Assembly (NCBI GenBank): GCA_027019085.1
Contig: JALUXG010000011.1
Coordinates: forward strand, 1,944 to 65,943
Direction: 5' to 3'
DNA length: 64,000 bases
Source of the DNA: Rhodanobacteraceae bacterium
GTDB lineage: Bacteria; Pseudomonadota; Gammaproteobacteria; Xanthomonadales; Rhodanobacteraceae
Positions 1-9,377 of this stretch are shown in pieces (position 1 is the first letter of the stretch; the number at the start of each line of letters is the position of its first letter). Position numbers and translations under genes: made by a program. The notes under the pieces are model-generated. The model worked only from the letters and a program-made list of their open reading frames with translations. It did not search any database and was not told the DNA's origin.

Positions 1-444
1 GACCAGGCCCTGCAGTCCACCGTGTTCACGCTCTGGCCCTCCAACGAATCGCCGCAAGCCCTAAAGACAATCATGTACGTGACGGTCTCCAGTCTGGGAC
101 ACGACGGCCTCGATGACTTCGTCAAGGGCGACATCGAAACTGCCGTGAATCGTGATGCAAAGTCCCGCAAGGCAAATGTGCGGCAGCCTCCGATGCATGT
201 CGGCAAAGTCAGGACCGTGTCCGCGACACGCCGTCTGGTCCATTTTGAGCATGACTCCGGCGATCGCGACGAACTGGTGGAATACATCAAGGGCCCGACG
301 GCCTATTTCATCGTCGCGCTGAGCACCCTCTCCCCTGCCCAGACAGCCCGGTATCGCGGCGCCTTCCAGGCTTTCCTGAAAAGTTTTTCCCCGATGACCG
401 TGCAGTTCGAGAAAGGCGCCAAGCCCCCTTCCTCCAAACACTGA
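1..444 (+). CDS. hypothetical protein, 5'-truncated at window edge
   Basis: The frame is open from base 1 (DQALQST precedes the GTG at 22) to the TGA at 442-444. Third codon positions are GC-rich. No family recognised by eye. Confidence 0.45.
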   Translation, partial: DQALQSTVFTLWPSNESPQALKTIMYVTVSSLGHDGLDDFVKGDIETAVNRDAKSRKANVRQPPMHVGKVRTVSATRRLVHFEHDSGDRDELVEYIKGPTAYFIVALSTLSPAQTARYRGAFQAFLKSFSPMTVQFEKGAKPPSSKH

Positions 445-514
445 CCCCTGCCATGTGCTCTGGACGGTTCGCTGACGAGGTGCGTCACCTGCGGACTGCC
501 TCTACACTCGCGTC

Positions 515-1546
515 ATGCTGAAGATCGACACCCACAGCCACATCCTGCCGCGGGACTGGCCCAACCTGTCAGAAAAATACGCCGAACCGCGTTTTCCGGT
601 GATGACGCACTCGGGCGGATACCACCGCATCTACCGTGGCGGCAAGTTCTTTCGCCAGGTGTGGCCCTCGGCCTTCGACATGGAAACGCGCATCGCCGAC
701 TACGCCAGACACGGCGTGGACGTTCAGGTGATTTCCACCGTACCGGTGCTGTTCTCCTACTGGGCGCGCGGCAGCCAGGCGCTGGAACTGCACGCCTTTC
801 TCAATGACCACTGCGCCGCATTGTGTCGCGACCACCCACGCCATGTGATCGGCATCGGCACGGTGCCGCTGCAGTCTCCCAACCTCGCCGTCCGCGAGCT
901 GGAGCGATGCATGGACCAGCTCAATCTGGCCGGCGTGCAGATCGGTTCGCATTGCAATGACTGGAATCTCGACGCGCCGGAGCTGTTTCCCTTCTTCGAG
1001 GCTGCCTCCGACCTGGGCGCCGCGATCATGGTGCATCCGTGGGACATGATGGGTCGCGACACCATGCCCGATTACTGGCTTCCGTGGCTGGTGGGCATGC
1101 CCGCCGAACAGTCGCGCGCGGCCTGCAGCCTGATCTTCGGCGGGGTACTGGAGCGCCTGCCGAAGCTTCGCGTGATGTTCGCGCATGGCGGCGGCAGCTT
1201 TCCGTTCACCATCGGACGCATCGAGCACGGCTTCAACGTGCGTCCGGACCTGGTCGCCAAACGCAATGCGCGCAATCCGCGCGAGTACTTCCCCCGCCTG
1301 TATTTCGATTCCTGCGTGCATGACCCGCAGGCGCTGGATTACCTGCTGCAGGTGGTCGGGCACGACCGCGTCATGCTGGGCACCGACTACCCCTTCCCGC
1401 TGGGCGAACAGTCACCCGGCTCGGGCATCGAGGCGCTGGATCTGCATGCCGAATCGCGCGCACGCCTGATGCACGGCACCGCGCTGGAATGGTTGGGCCT
1501 GTCATTGAACCGGTTCAAGACCGAAACGCCAGAGGCGCAGGCATGA
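515..1546 (+). CDS. amidohydrolase-2 family decarboxylase, 2-amino-3-carboxymuconate-6-semialdehyde decarboxylase (ACMSD)-like
   Basis: 343 aa. N-terminal IDTHSHILP metal motif and a VHPWD...HGGG...DYPFPLGE pattern typical of ACMSD-type amidohydrolases. Lies next to kynureninase. Confidence 0.8.
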   Translation: MLKIDTHSHILPRDWPNLSEKYAEPRFPVMTHSGGYHRIYRGGKFFRQVWPSAFDMETRIADYARHGVDVQVISTVPVLFSYWARGSQALELHAFLNDHCAALCRDHPRHVIGIGTVPLQSPNLAVRELERCMDQLNLAGVQIGSHCNDWNLDAPELFPFFEAASDLGAAIMVHPWDMMGRDTMPDYWLPWLVGMPAEQSRAACSLIFGGVLERLPKLRVMFAHGGGSFPFTIGRIEHGFNVRPDLVAKRNARNPREYFPRLYFDSCVHDPQALDYLLQVVGHDRVMLGTDYPFPLGEQSPGSGIEALDLHAESRARLMHGTALEWLGLSLNRFKTETPEAQA

Positions 1547-1583
1547 CACGCAAATCCGGGCACCCTTTCTTCGGACCCCTCCC

Positions 1584-2867
1584 ATGAACAATCCATACGA
1601 CGCCTCCCCCGCATGGGCCGAACAGGCCGATCGCGATGACCCGCTGCGCGCCTATCGCGAGCAATTCCTGATTCCGCCGCATGGCGATGGCCTGACGCTC
1701 TATTTCTGCGGCAATTCGCTGGGCCTGCAGGCGCGCGGCGTGCGCGAGGCGATCAACGATGAGCTGGATTACTGGGGCGAACTGGGCGTGGAGGGTCACT
1801 TCAAGGGCCGACTGCCGTGGATGGACTACCACGAATACGTCCGCGAGCACCTGTCCGAACTGGTGGGCGCCTCGATGAGCGAAGTGGTGGCCATGAACAC
1901 GCTCAGCGTGAACCTGCACCTGATGATGGTCAGCTTCTACCGGCCCACCCGCGAACGCCACAAGATCCTGATCGAAGCCGGCGCCTTCCCGAGCGACCGC
2001 TATGCCGTGGCATCGCAGATCCGCTTTCATGGCCACGATCCGGACCAGGCGCTGATCGAACTGGAAGCCGACGAGCCCGACGGTACCGTATCCATGCAGG
2101 CGATCGAGCACGTCCTGCACGAACACGGCGATGATATCGCTCTGGTGATGTGGCCCGGCGTTCAGTACCGCACCGGACAGGCCTTCGACCTGGCGGCCAT
2201 CACGCGCATCGCACATGCGCGCGGATGCATGGTCGGATTCGACCTGGCACATGCCGTCGGCAACATTTCGCTTTCATTGCATGACAGCGGCGCAGATTTC
2301 GCGGTGTGGTGCCACTACAAATACCTCAACGGCGGCCCCGGCGCCGTGGGCGGTGCATTCGTGCATGAGCGTCACGCGCGCACCAATCGCCCGCGTCTTG
2401 CCGGATGGTGGGGACACGACAAGGCCACCCGCTTCCGGATGGATCCGCATTTCGACCCGACGCCGGGCGCGGAAGGCTGGCAATTGTCCAATCCGCCGAT
2501 ACTGGCACTGGTGCCCCTGCGTATTTCCCTGCAACTGTTTCATCAGGCAGGCATGCAGGCCCTGCGCGCCAAGTCCGAGCGCCTCACCGGCTACCTGGAA
2601 TGGCTGGTCGAACACGAACTTGCCGATACGCTCGAGGTACTCACACCACGCGAGAGCGCGCGCAGAGGCGCCCAGCTTTCCCTGCGGGTACACGGCGGGC
2701 GCGATCGCGGGCGTGCCCTGTTCGAGCATCTGACCGCGCATGGCGTGATCGGCGACTGGCGTGAACCGGACGTGATCCGTGTCGCCCCGGTGCCCATGTA
2801 CAACTGCTACCGCGACTGCCTGGGTTTCGTGCATGCCGTGCAGGCCTGGAAAGGCTCCGGCAACTGA
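1584..2867 (+). CDS. kynU: kynureninase
   Basis: 427 aa. Shows the LYFCGNSLGLQ, HYKYLNGGPGA and PDVIRVAPVPMYN motifs of PLP-dependent kynureninases. Confidence 0.9.
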   Translation: MNNPYDASPAWAEQADRDDPLRAYREQFLIPPHGDGLTLYFCGNSLGLQARGVREAINDELDYWGELGVEGHFKGRLPWMDYHEYVREHLSELVGASMSEVVAMNTLSVNLHLMMVSFYRPTRERHKILIEAGAFPSDRYAVASQIRFHGHDPDQALIELEADEPDGTVSMQAIEHVLHEHGDDIALVMWPGVQYRTGQAFDLAAITRIAHARGCMVGFDLAHAVGNISLSLHDSGADFAVWCHYKYLNGGPGAVGGAFVHERHARTNRPRLAGWWGHDKATRFRMDPHFDPTPGAEGWQLSNPPILALVPLRISLQLFHQAGMQALRAKSERLTGYLEWLVEHELADTLEVLTPRESARRGAQLSLRVHGGRDRGRALFEHLTAHGVIGDWREPDVIRVAPVPMYNCYRDCLGFVHAVQAWKGSGN

Positions 2868-3332
2868 TCAGATAGTCCGGTTGAGCATCCACAAGGCGGC
2901 ATTGAGCACACCGGCGAATGCCACCCATGCCGCGTAGGGCACCATCAGCACGCCGGCCAGACGATCGATCCGCCAGAACGAAACGGCGGTGGCCACGATC
3001 AACGACAGCAGCACGACGATCTCCAGCAGCGCCAGATCCGGCCTGCGCAGCCCGAAGAACAGCCACGACCATCCCGCATTGAACACCAGCTGGACCAGCC
3101 ACAAGCCTATGGGCCGGTTCCTGCCGCCACGCAGCCAGGCCCGCCCCGCCGCCACACCCATCATTGCGAACAGCATCGACCACACCGGAGCAAACACCCA
3201 GTCGGGAGGATTGAATGGCGGTTTGGCCAGCTGCGCATACCAGAGGCCGGGAGCAAACCGGCTGCCGATGAAGCCGGCCATGAAGGCGAGCAGAAGAAAT
3301 CCGACGAAGGTCCCCGAGCGGCGTATGCTCAT
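2868..3332 (-). CDS. tspO: tryptophan-rich sensory protein TspO/MBR family
   Basis: Track ORF 2868..3875 trimmed to the internal ATG at 3332 (MSIRRSG...), giving 154 aa. Five hydrophobic helices and the Trp-rich PPDWVFAPVWS and NAGWSWLFF motifs. Confidence 0.85.
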   Translation of the reverse strand: MSIRRSGTFVGFLLLAFMAGFIGSRFAPGLWYAQLAKPPFNPPDWVFAPVWSMLFAMMGVAAGRAWLRGGRNRPIGLWLVQLVFNAGWSWLFFGLRRPDLALLEIVVLLSLIVATAVSFWRIDRLAGVLMVPYAAWVAFAGVLNAALWMLNRTI

Positions 3333-3630
3333 TTTTCTCAACCCATACACGAACGTTGAGGATGTTCTGATTCCGTCTACGCATTGTGTCTGCACGCAGA
3401 TGCATCGGCGCAGGCCATCTGGCTGCCTTTCCAAACGGTGTACCAGGTAGCCACCTGCAGGTTCAACGGCATCCATCCTGTGGATCCGGATGTCAGGGGG
3501 ATGTCGGGAAAGCCCACACGCAAGCCACCCCGCCAGGCATCTTCTGCATGGGGACACATGCTCGCGAACGATGCTATGGTGATCCGGCAACAACGTCCCC
3601 TCCCCCACACCCGCACAACGAGATCCAGCC

Positions 3631-5406
3631 ATGCGCAAAGCTTTCCTCGCATTCGCCGTGTTCGTGTCGTGCGCGGCGATGTCGGTCGCGTTCGCCTCCA
3701 GCACACCACAGAACAGGCATTCGATTCCCCAGCAGGCACTGGATGCCACCGCCCCACCCACCACCCGCGCCCAGCTCGCCGCGGCAAGGCCGGTACTGGC
3801 CCGACATGCCATGGTCGTCACAGCGCAGCATCTGGCCACCCGCGTTGGCGTGGATATCCTCAAGCAGGGCGGCAACGCCGTGGACGCGGCGGTAGCCGTC
3901 GGCTACGCGCTGGCCGTGGTGCATCCGTGCTGCGGCAATATCGGCGGCGGCGGATTCATGGTGCTGCACCTGGCCAAGGGCAAGACCGTGTTCCTGGACT
4001 TTCGCGAAAAGGCCCCGCTGAAGGCCACGCCGACCATTTTCCAGGACGCCCAGGGCAATGTGGTCAAGGGCCGCAGCACGCACACCTACCTTGGCGTGGG
4101 CGTCCCGGGCACGGTGATGGGCCTGAACGCGGCGCTGAAGAAGTACGGCACGATGAGTCTGAAACAGGTCATGGCCCCGGCCATCAAGCTGGCGCGTGAC
4201 GGCTTCATACTGCGGCAGGGCGATGTCAACATTTTGCACACGCGCAGCAAGGATTTCGCGCAGTACCCGAATGTCGCGAAGATCTTCCTCAACCATGGCA
4301 AGCCCTATCAGGCCGGCGACCGTCTGGTGCAACCGCAACTGGCACACACCCTGGAGCTGATTGCCAAGGGCGGCACGCGCGCCTTCTACCGGGGCTCGAT
4401 CGCCCGGGCGGTGGTCAAGGCCAGCGAGAATAACGGCGGCCTGCTGAGCATGAAGGATTTCGCCGACTACACGGTGCAATGGAGCAAGCCGGTCCAGTGC
4501 GAATACCGCGGTTTCACCATCATGTCCTCGCCGCCGCCCAGCTCCGGCGGCACGACCATCTGCGAGATCCTGCAGATCATCAAGCCCTACCCGATGTCGC
4601 GCTGGGGATACGGTTCGGTCAAGGCCATTCACTACCTGGTGGAAGCCGAGCGCCGCGCCTTCGCTGACCGCAATACCTATCTCGGCGACCCGGCGTTCGT
4701 GCACAACCCGATCGCGAAGCTGCTCTCGCCGGCACATGCTGCAAAACTTCGCACCACCATCGATCCGGACAAGGCCACGCCATCCAGTCAGATCAAGGGC
4801 AGCCTGGGACCGGTCGAGGGCATGCACACCACGCAGTTCTCCATCGTCGACCCCAAGGGCAACGCGGTCAGCATCACCTACACCATCAATTACCTTTACG
4901 GCCTTGGGCAGATCGCCGGCAATACCGGATTCTTCCTCAACAACGAGATGGACGACTTCACCTCCAAGCCGGGCGTGCCCAACTCCTTCGGCCTGGTGCA
5001 GGGCAAGGTCAACCAGGTCGAGCCGGGCAAGCGGCCGCTGAGCTCCATGTCGCCCAGCATCGTGCTGCACCAGGGCAAGCTGTTCATGGTGACCGGCAGC
5101 CCAGGTGGCTCGACCATCATCTCGACCACGCTGGAGAGCATGCTCAACGTGATCGACTTCGGCATGAACATGCAGCAGTCGGTCGATGCGCCGCGGGTGC
5201 ACAACCAGTGGTATCCGGATCTCGTGTTTGTCGAGCCGGGGCTGCTGACCGACACGACCCGCGAGGCGCTGGAAAAGATGGGCTACCGTTTCAAGGTGGT
5301 GCGTTCATGGGGCGCGGACGAGGCCATCCTGGTCAACCCGCACACCGGTTTGCTGGAAGGTGCCAACGACCGGCGCCGCCCCGCCGGCATGGCCGCCGGA
5401 TTCTGA
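3631..5406 (+). CDS. ggt: gamma-glutamyltranspeptidase
   Basis: 591 aa with a signal peptide. GGGGFMV motif, the autoprocessing-site region GMHTTQFSIVD, and GSPGGSTIISTTL. Confidence 0.92.
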   Translation: MRKAFLAFAVFVSCAAMSVAFASSTPQNRHSIPQQALDATAPPTTRAQLAAARPVLARHAMVVTAQHLATRVGVDILKQGGNAVDAAVAVGYALAVVHPCCGNIGGGGFMVLHLAKGKTVFLDFREKAPLKATPTIFQDAQGNVVKGRSTHTYLGVGVPGTVMGLNAALKKYGTMSLKQVMAPAIKLARDGFILRQGDVNILHTRSKDFAQYPNVAKIFLNHGKPYQAGDRLVQPQLAHTLELIAKGGTRAFYRGSIARAVVKASENNGGLLSMKDFADYTVQWSKPVQCEYRGFTIMSSPPPSSGGTTICEILQIIKPYPMSRWGYGSVKAIHYLVEAERRAFADRNTYLGDPAFVHNPIAKLLSPAHAAKLRTTIDPDKATPSSQIKGSLGPVEGMHTTQFSIVDPKGNAVSITYTINYLYGLGQIAGNTGFFLNNEMDDFTSKPGVPNSFGLVQGKVNQVEPGKRPLSSMSPSIVLHQGKLFMVTGSPGGSTIISTTLESMLNVIDFGMNMQQSVDAPRVHNQWYPDLVFVEPGLLTDTTREALEKMGYRFKVVRSWGADEAILVNPHTGLLEGANDRRRPAGMAAGF

Positions 5407-5435
5407 AAGACCCGGCTGTTTCTGGATACGCCATG

Positions 5436-5467
5436 CATCGGCCCCGCAGGCAACTGCGGGGCCGATG
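5436..5467. terminator. 14-bp perfect hairpin between convergent ggt and lipoprotein gene
   Basis: CATCGGCCCCGCAG-GCAA-CTGCGGGGCCGATG. The U-tract is weak on both sides. Confidence 0.45.
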
Positions 5468-5522
5468 TCATTTCAACCGCCAGTGACACGCCGCAGCCGG
5501 GGCGAGCCGGCCCGGGATGGGC

Positions 5523-5753
5523 TCATGGAGGACCCGATTGCGTGCGTTCGCTGTCTGCCTTGCGCTCGCTTTCGTACTGGTCGAATGGCACCCGGGTACG
5601 CTGCAGGCACTGCTCGCGCTGGCGTGGATCGACCTGCCGGAAGCATTCGTTGCGCTGCCACGCCTGCCCGCCTGCATAAAGCTGCCGGGCCGTGCAGCCG
5701 ATCGTGGCTGCCATCAAGGCGGCGGCCAACACCAGCAAGCCGATTGCTTTCAT
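5523..5753 (-). CDS. small putative lipoprotein
   Basis: Track ORF trimmed to the ATG at 5753. MKAIGLLVLAAALMAATIGC signal with lipobox. 76 aa. Confidence 0.6.
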   Translation of the reverse strand: MKAIGLLVLAAALMAATIGCTARQLYAGGQAWQRNECFRQVDPRQREQCLQRTRVPFDQYESERKADSERTQSGPP

Positions 5754-5911
5754 GGCGGCCCCTCGCAATGTGCCCATGCACCATTCTGGCACATGCCCAC
5801 CGCCCGTACGGGCTGGCGGCGCATACGGACAAGCTTCCCGCATCACCGGCGTGACAGTGGACACCGTAGCCGTGTCGGCGCGGTATCAGTGCATTCGCAA
5901 TCCTTTGTTTT

Positions 5912-5937
5912 AATATTTCATTTACTATTGTAATATT
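5912..5937 (+). promoter_or_regulatory. candidate ArsR-family operator / promoter, AT-rich imperfect inverted repeat
   Basis: AATATTTCA-N8-TGTAATATT lies 6 nt upstream of the arsR-like ATG. It sits in the only strongly AT-rich patch of this intergenic region. Confidence 0.3.
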
Positions 5938-5942
5938 GAATC

Positions 5943-6329
5943 ATGCATGACGATCTCGACATGACCCGCAAGCTGTCAGCCCTGGCGCACCCGGCCCGCC
6001 TGGCCATCGTTCGCGCGCTGGTAAAAACCGGCCCGGAAGGGTTGCCCGCCGGTCGGCTGGGTGAACCATTGGACATCACATCCAGCGCACTCACGTTCCA
6101 TCTGCAAAAACTGGCGCATGCCGGACTGCTTCATTCGTGGCGCAATGGCCAGTTCATCTTCTATGCGGCCATGTTCGATGCCTTGCGGGATATCACTGAC
6201 TACCTGGTGGGTGCCTGCTGCACGGATGCTGAACAGAACTGCGGCCCACGATGTTCAGGCACAGGCAATCGGAAAGCGGACTTCCCCCTTTCGCTGGAAA
6301 CACTTCCACCCCGGAGACTCTCACGATGA
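5943..6329 (+). CDS. ArsR/SmtB family transcriptional regulator
   Basis: 128 aa. Winged-helix core LSALAHPARLAIVRAL...SSALTFHLQKLAHAGLL. C-terminal cysteine cluster CC-X6-C-X3-C. Confidence 0.85.
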   Translation: MHDDLDMTRKLSALAHPARLAIVRALVKTGPEGLPAGRLGEPLDITSSALTFHLQKLAHAGLLHSWRNGQFIFYAAMFDALRDITDYLVGACCTDAEQNCGPRCSGTGNRKADFPLSLETLPPRRLSR

Positions 6330-6568
6330 CATCCACACACGCAAAGCAGGACCCAGGACGTTCATGGGCAGGTGCCATCGGAATTGGACTGGGCGTTTCC
6401 ATTCTGACCGCCGTCATCATGGTCGTGCTGTTGAAGACCGGCGTGTCACCCTTCCCGGAACCTCCGTCACTGGCCTTCGCGCAAACGCTTTTGGCACGAC
6501 CGCTTCTGTTCGGCCTGTTCCTGTGGCTACTCGAAACATTCATCCCCCATCGGGCAGCATCCGTCTGA
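6326..6568 (+). CDS. small membrane protein (80 aa, two predicted TM helices)
   Basis: Internal ATG at 6326 overlaps the arsR-like stop (ATGA), with GGAGA upstream. Hydrophobic segments GAIGIGLGVSILTAVIMVVLL and LLFGLFLWLL. Confidence 0.55.
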   Translation: MTSTHAKQDPGRSWAGAIGIGLGVSILTAVIMVVLLKTGVSPFPEPPSLAFAQTLLARPLLFGLFLWLLETFIPHRAASV

Positions 6569-6581
6569 CCGGAGGTCATCC

Positions 6582-6917
6582 ATGAGTCATCCCCTGGATA
6601 CAGACACCTTGAAGCGATGGATTCGGCAATCCCGTGACTTCGTACTGATCGACACCCTGCCTGGGTCGATCTTTGCCAAAGGCCACCTGCCCGGAGCCGT
6701 CAATCTGCCCTCGGACAACATCCTGGACCTGGCTCCCGGCCGTTTCCCCGACAAGGACGTCACACTCGTGGTCTACTGCGCCAGTGAAACTTGCAAACGC
6801 GCAGGCCTGTCTGCCGAACGACTCAAGCGTCTCGGTTATCGCCACATCTATCATTACGAAGGCGGCAAGAAGGCCTGGCTGGCCGAGGGGCTGTCGCTGC
6901 AAACGGATCATTCATGA
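6582..6917 (+). CDS. rhodanese-like domain protein (sulfurtransferase fold)
   Basis: 111 aa. IDTLP...[10 protein letters not shown] and active-site loop [18 protein letters not shown] Shine-Dalgarno upstream. Confidence 0.85.
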   Translation: MSHPLDTDTLKRWIRQSRDFVLIDTLPGSIFAKGHLPGAVNLPSDNILDLAPGRFPDKDVTLVVYCASETCKRAGLSAERLKRLGYRHIYHYEGGKKAWLAEGLSLQTDHS

Positions 6918-7270
6918 CCGTATCCGGAGAAACAGCGCGGATGCTGCTGGTCTACGCAGCAGCAGCGGGATTCGAGATTGCCGGATGTTTCGCCTTCTGG
7001 GCCGTGATCCGCATGCATCGAACCCTATGGTGGATCGTGCCCGGCCTGGTATCGCTGGTGCTGTTTGCCGTCCTTTTGACACGTATCGATGTGAACCTTG
7101 CAGGTCGCGCGTACGCCGCCTATGGCGGCATCTACATCGTGTCATCCCTGATCTGGCTGTGGATTGTCGAGGGGCAGGCACCGCACCGGTGGGACCTGAT
7201 CGGAGCGGGACTATGCCTGGTTGGCACCATGATCATCCTGCTCGGCCGTCCGGGTGTGATGTTCAAATGA
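6914..7270 (+). CDS. ynfA: YnfA/UPF0060 family inner-membrane protein
   Basis: Trimmed to the ATG at 6914, which overlaps the rhodanese stop (ATGA). 118 aa. [10 protein letters not shown]...[11 protein letters not shown] motifs and four TM helices. Confidence 0.8.
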   Translation: MTVSGETARMLLVYAAAAGFEIAGCFAFWAVIRMHRTLWWIVPGLVSLVLFAVLLTRIDVNLAGRAYAAYGGIYIVSSLIWLWIVEGQAPHRWDLIGAGLCLVGTMIILLGRPGVMFK

Positions 7271-7340
7271 AGCCATCGACCACGGGCCACCGCACGACTG
7301 CATGACACGCCCCCAGCGGTCTCGATTGTCACTGCACCTG

Positions 7341-8501
7341 TCAGGAATGCGCGACGCCGCCGATCCAGGTCTCGCGCACCTCAAGCTCGGTATCGAGTAC
7401 CACCAGGTCGGCGCGACCACCGGCACTGATGTGTCCACGGTCCGCGGATAGACCGAGGAACGCGGCCGGATAGGTGGACGCCATGCGCGCCGCTTCATCG
7501 ACCGGCATGTCCAGCATGCTGGCGCAATTGCGCACCGCGCTGGCCATGTCCAGGGCCGATCCGGCCAGTACCCCGTCGGCGGTGCGGCAGATACCGTCAC
7601 GAACGGTGATCGTCTCGCCGTTGAGTGTGAAAGAAGCATTGGCGCTCCCTACTGGCGGCATGGCGTCGGTCACCAGCATCATCCTGCCCTTTGCCTTGGC
7701 CGCGATAGCCACGCGCAAACTGGCCGGGTGCACATGATGGCCGTCCACGATCAGCCCGCACCAGCTGTCGGGATCCTCCAGCGCCGCGCCCGTCACGCCT
7801 GGCTCGCGGCTGGTGAACGGGGACATGGCATTGAACAGGTGGGTAAAACCGCGCACGCCGGCATCCAGCGCCGTGCGCATGGTGGCGTAGTCTGCTGCGG
7901 TGTGTCCGGCGGCGACGATGACGCCCGCCTCGCGCAGGCGACGGATCGTTTCCGGCCGCACCCGTTCGGGCGCCAGTGTCAGCAGCACGATGCCGTTGCT
8001 CAGCGAGGCGAACAGGTCCAGTTCCTCCCCGGTGGGTTCGCGGAACTTGCGTGCATCGTGCACACCCTTGCGATCCGGGGCCAGGTACGGGCCTTCGATG
8101 TGGATGCCGAGCACCCCCGGCACCTTCAGTGCGATGGCCTCCTCGACTGCGGCAATCGCGGCACGCATGGTTTCCAGATCGTCGCTGATCAGGGTCGGCA
8201 GGAAACCGGTCGTGCCGTACCGGCGATGCGCCGCGGCCATGGTGCGGATGCCTTCCAGCGTCGGTACGTCATTGAACAGCACGCCGCCGCCGCCGTTGAC
8301 CTGGCAGTCGATGAATCCAGGCAGCAGGTAACCGCCGTCCAGATCATGCCGCTGGGCGGCACGCACGCGCGGATCGGAAGGCAGCGCAAGGCCGGTGATG
8401 CGGTCACCATCCACCAGTACCGCGCAGCCGCGCTGCAGGCCGTGGTTGGTAAGGATGCGTCCGTTGATGAAGGCGGTGGTCATGGATTGAATGTCCAGCA
8501 T
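7341..8501 (-). CDS. nagA: N-acetylglucosamine-6-phosphate deacetylase
   Basis: Trimmed to the ATG at 8501 (alternative at 8483). FIDCQVNGGGG, HIEGPY, AGHTAA and THLFNAMS motifs. Confidence 0.88.
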   Translation of the reverse strand: MLDIQSMTTAFINGRILTNHGLQRGCAVLVDGDRITGLALPSDPRVRAAQRHDLDGGYLLPGFIDCQVNGGGGVLFNDVPTLEGIRTMAAAHRRYGTTGFLPTLISDDLETMRAAIAAVEEAIALKVPGVLGIHIEGPYLAPDRKGVHDARKFREPTGEELDLFASLSNGIVLLTLAPERVRPETIRRLREAGVIVAAGHTAADYATMRTALDAGVRGFTHLFNAMSPFTSREPGVTGAALEDPDSWCGLIVDGHHVHPASLRVAIAAKAKGRMMLVTDAMPPVGSANASFTLNGETITVRDGICRTADGVLAGSALDMASAVRNCASMLDMPVDEAARMASTYPAAFLGLSADRGHISAGGRADLVVLDTELEVRETWIGGVAHS

Positions 8502-8533
8502 GTACGAATGGGGAAGGGGGAGAGGGGCATGAT

Positions 8534-9280
8534 TCAGGGTTCGTCCTGCAATTCGGCGACAAAGTCGTAGGCATCGCCGCGGTACCACGAGCGCGTGAAC
8601 TCGGCCAGACGCCCGTCGGCGATGAAGGTGCGTCGTTCCAGTGCCAGTCCGGCACTGCCCACGGGGACTTCGAGCAGTCGCGCCTGCTCGGCATTCAGAT
8701 TGACCGCACGCAGACGCTGCAAGGCACGCACGGGGCGGCAGCCCAGAGCCTCCAGCACCTCGTAGAGCGAGTCGACGATGCGTTCCGGATCGGGAACGAT
8801 GTCCTGCGGTATGGCGCTGCGCTCCAGCGCCAACGGCTCGTCGGAGCCGTATCGGAGCCGGTACAGACGCACTACCAGGGCACCGGGCGAAAGATTGAGC
8901 GCCATGGCTTCCTCCGGTGTCACCTCGCCGATCTCGCGTTCCATGAATACCGAACGCGGGTTGAGGCCGCGCGCGCGCAGGTCACCGGTGAAACTGGTCA
9001 GCTTCGACAGCGGGCGAATGATGCGCTCGGCGACGAACGTGCCGGCACCGTGCCGCTGGGTCAGCACCCCGTCCTCGACCAGCCCGGCCAGCGCCTTGCG
9101 TATCGTTACCCGCGACACCTCGAGCCGGCGTGCAAGTTCGCGTTCGCTGGGCAGGGCCTGGCCGGGACCGAGCCGGCCCTCCTCGATGCTGCCGCGTATC
9201 GCGCGCCGCAAGCGCAGGTAGGCTGGGGCATGGCTGTCTCCGGCCTGACGCTGGTAGGCATGAAGCAGGGCGTTGTCCAT
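8534..9280 (-). CDS. GntR/HutC family transcriptional regulator (NagQ-like position upstream of nagA)
   Basis: Trimmed to the ATG at 9280. GntR winged helix LPSERELARRLEVSRVTIRKAL followed by a UTRA-type effector domain. Confidence 0.85.
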   Translation of the reverse strand: MDNALLHAYQRQAGDSHAPAYLRLRRAIRGSIEEGRLGPGQALPSERELARRLEVSRVTIRKALAGLVEDGVLTQRHGAGTFVAERIIRPLSKLTSFTGDLRARGLNPRSVFMEREIGEVTPEEAMALNLSPGALVVRLYRLRYGSDEPLALERSAIPQDIVPDPERIVDSLYEVLEALGCRPVRALQRLRAVNLNAEQARLLEVPVGSAGLALERRTFIADGRLAEFTRSWYRGDAYDFVAELQDEP

Positions 9281-9288
9281 GCGCTGAA

Positions 9289-9306
9289 AATACCAGTCTA
9301 ATACCA
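9289..9306 (-). promoter_or_regulatory. candidate GntR(NagQ-type) operator, TGGTATT-AGAC-TGGTATT
   Basis: On the minus strand there are two perfect TGGTATT heptamers spaced by 4 bp, 9 nt upstream of the regulator ATG. From memory, tandem TGGTATT repeats were predicted as the NagQ motif in Xanthomonadales. Confidence 0.5.
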
Positions 9307-9359
9307 CTTGGGCAAGAGGTTTCGCAGATATCCGCCTTTGTCCGGGTATTGCCAGACAC

Positions 9360-9377
9360 TGGTCCTATAGTGGTATC
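9360..9377 (+). promoter_or_regulatory. second, degenerate operator candidate TGGTCCT-ATAG-TGGTATC facing zwf
   Basis: Same heptamer-N4-heptamer architecture on the plus strand, about 30 nt upstream of the zwf start. Confidence 0.35.

Noticed and set aside
2868-3875. 335-aa version of the TspO ORF. Similar N-terminally extended track ORFs occur at 29967..31709, 36742..38265, 35567..36652, 34381..35319 and 20974..21876.
   Set aside because: The extensions are Arg/Ala/Cys-rich, lack homology and often overlap the upstream gene. Internal ATG or GTG starts with Shine-Dalgarno sequences give proteins of canonical length.
3574-5202. 542-aa ORF on the minus strand
   Set aside because: It is entirely antisense to ggt, which has unambiguous family motifs. 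The product is Arg/Ala/Gly/His-rich with no motifs, a typical high-GC shadow ORF.
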